A program made the position numbers and the translations under genes. A stretch of 64,000 bases of DNA from Callorhinchus milii (lineage: Eukaryota): assembly GCF_018977255.1 (NCBI RefSeq), contig NW_024704743.1, forward strand, positions 2,978,001 to 3,042,000. The letters run 5' to 3'. How positions within the stretch are numbered: the first letter of the stretch is position 1; every line of letters begins with the position of its first letter. Shown one piece after another: positions 59,431 to 64,000 of the stretch. Under the pieces are notes generated by a model that had not been told where the DNA came from, ran no database searches, and worked only from the letters and a program-made list of their open reading frames with translations.

Positions 59431-61397
59431 TTCCCCCCCAAAGGAGGATAGTCACCAGTTGCAGTTCTACAAACTTAGCATAAAATATTCTTTCAACCTG
59501 CCCAGCCAGCCAGACAGTCATGCAGATTAGATTATATGCCACGGCCATGTTTATTTTTAGCTGCTTTCTGTTAAGTGTTTTTTTTCCCCATGAAAAATGC
59601 ATCCTTTAATCAGCGGTTGAAATGCCAACTCCACTCGCAACACAGCATACATTTACACAGCGCCTTTCACTTCAGGAGGATATCCCAAAGGGCATTCACA
59701 GTTCCGGCCGGGGTACTCGAGCAGGGAGGGTGTGGTGGGGAAAGGCGACAGAAAGCGCGGTCAAAGAGGAAGGTCTTGAGATGGACCTTGAACGAGCGGA
59801 GGGAGCGCGTGTGTCGGAACGACTTGGGGAAGGATTTCGAGAGCGAGGGTGCAAAACAGCTGAAAGCTTGCCTGCTGATGATGGCGGGGGCGGGGGCGTG
59901 GGGGGGGGGTGGCAGGGAGGGGCAGGGGACATGAGTGAAGGGAACGGAACGGGCGAGTCAGTGGGTTGTGAGGAGGTTACAAAGGTAAGACGAGGGCGAG
60001 ACTGTGGACTCATTTGAAGGTGAGCACCAGGATCTTGAATCTCGATTCTCTGGGAGATGGGTGGGGTCTAGTGGAGCCGGGCGAGGATGGGTGGCGATTG
60101 GCTCGCAGAGCCTAGACCTAAACAATCTCTTGTCCCTTCTTAATGTTAACCCTGCAAGTCAAAGCCCTAATGGGCAGGGTGGTCCTTGCTGGACAAGCGA
60201 TGGGAAAGCTTGCCAGCCACACTCTCAGTGGCAAGCCATACGGTTTTAGTTGGTTAGACTATAGCAGTTACCCCAATCTACACTCTGGGCTGCCCCAAAG
60301 CCTTGGCTCTCGCCAACCTGCCCCTAATACTCTCCAGAATTAGGTAAGCCGGACGCGTCCCTCCAACAAGAGAGTGTACAGTCCAACAATCTATCTCTGG
60401 GATTTCCACGTGTAGTTGGGATGCTCGGAATTCTCAGTTGGGTTTGGAGACTCTAAAGCGACGGAGATGGGTTTCCACGTAAGTCAGACGCCCGGCGAAC
60501 ACCCCCCAAAAAAAGAATTAATGCGTCGACTGCTAAAAGATAGAGTCTTGGTGTGGTCCACACGACTTGCTGGTTGAGGCGTCAGTCAGGTAAGGCTCTA
60601 CTTATGCCTCAGCTGCAGCAGCTTCCGCAAATAGCTGAGCAGAGCCGGAGCACAGCCAGTCACCAGTAGAGGGTAAATATAGTCACCTGCCACCGCAATT
60701 CCACCCATTCTTAGCCTGTGAGACCTGCTTTTGCTTTCAAGTTTAACATAATGATTACATCTGACACCAGTGAGTGCCTGTCACATCAGCAGGACATCTC
60801 CGAGGGCTTCACTTGATTTACTGCAAAGCGCAGTGACTGTGGGAACGGGGCAGCCAATTTGCCATACAATCATGGAGTGAGCGACTAACTCTATCTGGGG
60901 AATTGTTGAGAGAATTGCGGAGGGAGAAACTCACTTCCCTTTTTCAATAGTGCCGCCGAATCTGTAACGACCGCCTGAACTTGGTTCAACGTCTCACCCG
61001 AACTTGGTTTAACGTCTCTCCTGAACGACAGCACCTCTTGACAACGCAGCGCTCCCCGCAGCACTGCGCAGGAGCAGCATCTTAGACTGTGTGATTCCAA
61101 GTCCCGAAGTGGGGCTTGAACCCGCAACTTTCCGACTCGGAGATGCGAGCGCTACCACTGAGCCAGGCTGACATCAGTGTTGGTGAAGGCTCATGGCTCA
61201 GAAATAAAACTGAAGATTGAAGCCATTTCTGACTTAAAAATGACATTGTTTGAGTTTATTCCAACATGGGAATGTACAATCCCGCCATTGGGAATGTTCA
61301 AAGGGTTTTCCATCGAAACAGATTGCAGGGTGGCTGTGGAATCTGTGACGCTATAGTTCACATCCCCGCCCGCATTGTGTTCCTCACATTGTGTGTC

Positions 61398-62485
61398 AAG
61401 CCGGCTCAGTGTATATCAGCCCGGCTCAGTGTATATCAGCCCGGCTCTGTGTGTATCAGCCCGGCTCTGTGTATATCAGCCCGGCTCTGTGTGTATCAGC
61501 CCGGCTCTGTGTGTATCAGCCCGGCTCTGTGTATATCAGCCCGGCTCTGTGTGTATCAGCCCGGCTCTGTGTGTATCAGCCCGGCTCTGTGTGTATCAGC
61601 CCGGCTCTGTGTGTATCAGCCCGGCTCAGTGTATATCAGCCCGGCTCTGTGTGTATCAGCCCGGCTCTGTGTATATCAGCCCGGCTCTGTGTCTATCAGC
61701 CCGGCTCAGTGTGTATCAGCCCGGCTCAGTGTGTATCAGCCCGGCTCTGTGTGTATCAGCCCGGCTCTGTGTGTATCAGCCCGGCTCTGTGTCTATCAGC
61801 CCGGCTCTGTGTCTATCAGCCCGGCTCAGTGTATATCAGCCCGGCTCTGTGTCTATCAGCCCGGCTCAGTGTATATCAGCCCGGCTCTGTGTGTATCAGC
61901 CCGGCTCTGTGTGTATCAGCCAGGCTGTGTGTGTATCAGCCCGGCTCTGTGAGTGTCAGCCCGGCTCTGTGTGTATCAGCCAGGCTGTGTGTGTATCAGC
62001 CCGGCTCTGTGTCTATCAGCCCGGCTCTGTGTGTATCAGCCCGGCTCTGTGTGTATCAGCCAGGCTGTGTGTGTGTCAGCCCGGCTCAGCGCGGGTCAGC
62101 CCGGCTCAGTGCGTGTCAGCCCGGCTCAGTGCGTGTCAGCCCGGCTCAGTGCGTGTCAGCCCGGCTCAGTGTGTGTGAGCCCGGCTCAGTGTGTGTGAGC
62201 CCGGCTCAGTGTGTGTGAGCCCGGCTCAGTGTGCGTCAGCTCGGCTCAGTGTGCGTCAGCTCAGATTAGTGTGCGTCAGATCAGATTAGTGTGCGTCAGC
62301 TCAGATTAATGTGCGTCAGCCCGGTTTAGTGTGTGTCAGCTCGGCTTAGTGTGAGTCAGCTCAGATTAGTGTGCGTCAGCTCAGATTAGTGTGTGTCAGC
62401 TCGGCTTGGTGTGTGTCAGCTAGACTTAGTGTGTGTCAGCTCGGCTTAGTGTGCATCAGCTCGGCTTAGTGTGCGTCAGCCCGGT
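61398..62485. repeat. 20-bp minisatellite (ccggctctgtgtgtatcagc), about 54 units with a variant gradient
   Basis: Exact 20-nt periodicity visible in the sequence columns. Confidence 0.98.
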
Positions 62486-64000
62486 GTCAACCCGGTTCTG
62501 TTTGTGTCAGACCAACTCCGTGTATGTCACCATGTTCTGTTGCCTCTGAGTCAGAAGGTTGTGGGTTCAAGTCCCACGTCTAGACTTGGAACCCATAGAG
62601 GATAAGGAACTCTAAACTGACACCTCGTTGCATTGTCGGTGGTGGTGGCCTTTGAATGAGACTTTAAACCGAGGTCCGGTCTACCGGTCCCGGTGGACAT
62701 TTACGATCCCCGGCACTATTGGAAACGAGAAGGGTGTTTCTCTCTCCCTATGTCCTGGCCGACAATCCCCCAAAACAAAATTTGTTCACTCACTTCATGA
62801 CTGTTTCGTTTGCCTAGGAAATGATCCAGTCACTACACTGCACAGTAAATCCCGTGATGCACTTGTGAAAGACACTGCATCAAATATACGGATTATTATT
62901 ATTATTATAATCACATTCCCACCTCCATATTAATTTCAGAATGCTCTTTTTTCCCTTTATACAGTAAGAATCCAAGACTTCTCAAAGTACTTCACAGGAT
63001 ATACCGTAAAGGGCAGTGACTGGACTCGTTTTCAAAGCAGCTGGACGCTGTGATGGGGTGGGGGGGGGATGGTGTTCTGGAGGAGATGAGATCAGATGGC
63101 CCGAAGGGGTTTCTTCTTCCAAGCCTATCTTGTGATTTTTGTGACCATTTCTAGCGCAGCCTTTTTTCTCAGATCTTTGATCGCTTTTAAACAACCAACT
63201 TCTCTCCTGTTTTATTGAAGGAAGAGGGAGTCTGACTTCTGACTGTGGAGTCCTGTACCGCAGCAATAATAATCCTTTCATTTGACGTCGCGTCTTATTA
63301 CGGCTTTAAGACGGTTTCGAGGCACTTCACGGGATATACTGTAAAATGTAGTGACTGTATATTATTTGGGCGACACTCGGCAGCCAATAGCGCACAGCAG
63401 TGTCCCACAAACAGTCGTGGATTGAGTGACCAAATTATTATTATTAGGGATTATTACCCCACAACTTGACTACCAACCAGGTTCCTACTTCTAGGTAAAC
63501 GGAGGCACGTGGAGTAACGAAATTTGCCCAACGTTTCGCCCTTGCCCGGGAGTCGAACTTATGTTTTCTCGTTGCGAGGCGAGTGACTCTAACCACTGAG
63601 CTACAGGACTTCACCAAATGGTTAGCGCCCTCGCCTCGCTAGCGAGAAGACCTAGTTTGGTTCCGGGGCAGTGCGAAACCTCAGTCAGGATGACGAGGAA
63701 GGGAAGAGGGCGATGGGGGTAGGTGGGAATTAAAGGCAGGTAGAGGGGAGGAGAGGTGGGTGTTTGGGATGTAGTTGCTTATGGCTCAACCCTGACGTTG
63801 GCTCAGTAGGGCCTCGGGAAGGGAGAGGGGGAGCAAGACACGAAAGACGGATTAGAAAACCTGCTACTGTCAGACGAGATGTTAAACCGAGGTCCCGCCT
63901 GCGCGTAAAGAATCCTGCGGCACCGCTGGAAAAGCGAAGGGAGTTTCTCGCTCCCGGTGTCCTGGCCTACAGTCCCCCAAATAAAATCAGTCACTCGCTC

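Noticed and set aside
60520..60770. Possible non-coding first exon or promoter of COL22A1
   Set aside because: Unique sequence, but no clear donor, TATA or CpG island; the 5' UTR exon may lie outside the window
61266..62218. Long Cys-rich ORFs in three frames (also at 13124-13729, 16330-16908, 31597-32122)
   Set aside because: Translations of stop-free minisatellites

Overview
Vertebrate genomic DNA. The SINE/LINE repertoire suggests a cartilaginous fish, probably a holocephalan (inference). Almost the whole window is the 5' two-thirds of a collagen XXII gene (COL22A1) on the minus strand. I read 35 intact coding exons by hand, all with GT-AG boundaries: signal peptide, vWA domain, TSPN/LamG domain, linker and Gly-X-Y exons. 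The gene continues beyond position 1. The introns are packed with two tRNA-derived SINE families sharing an L2-type tail, L2 and CR1 3' fragments, an unclassified A-tailed retroposon and retroposon-seeded minisatellites. Two things are missed by the ORF track. (1) Two intronless, TATA- and AATAAA-flanked copies of a 43-aa Arg/His/Lys-rich protamine-like gene (1088-1219, 4084-4215, + strand) are nested antisense in neighbouring COL22A1 introns, with a gene-conversion-like identity pattern. (2) A 54-nt Gly-X-Y exon (37616-37870) is split by a SINE that introduces an in-frame stop. There are also two Gly substitutions in triple-helix exons. Comparisons with human COL22A1 and named repeat families are from memory, not database searches.
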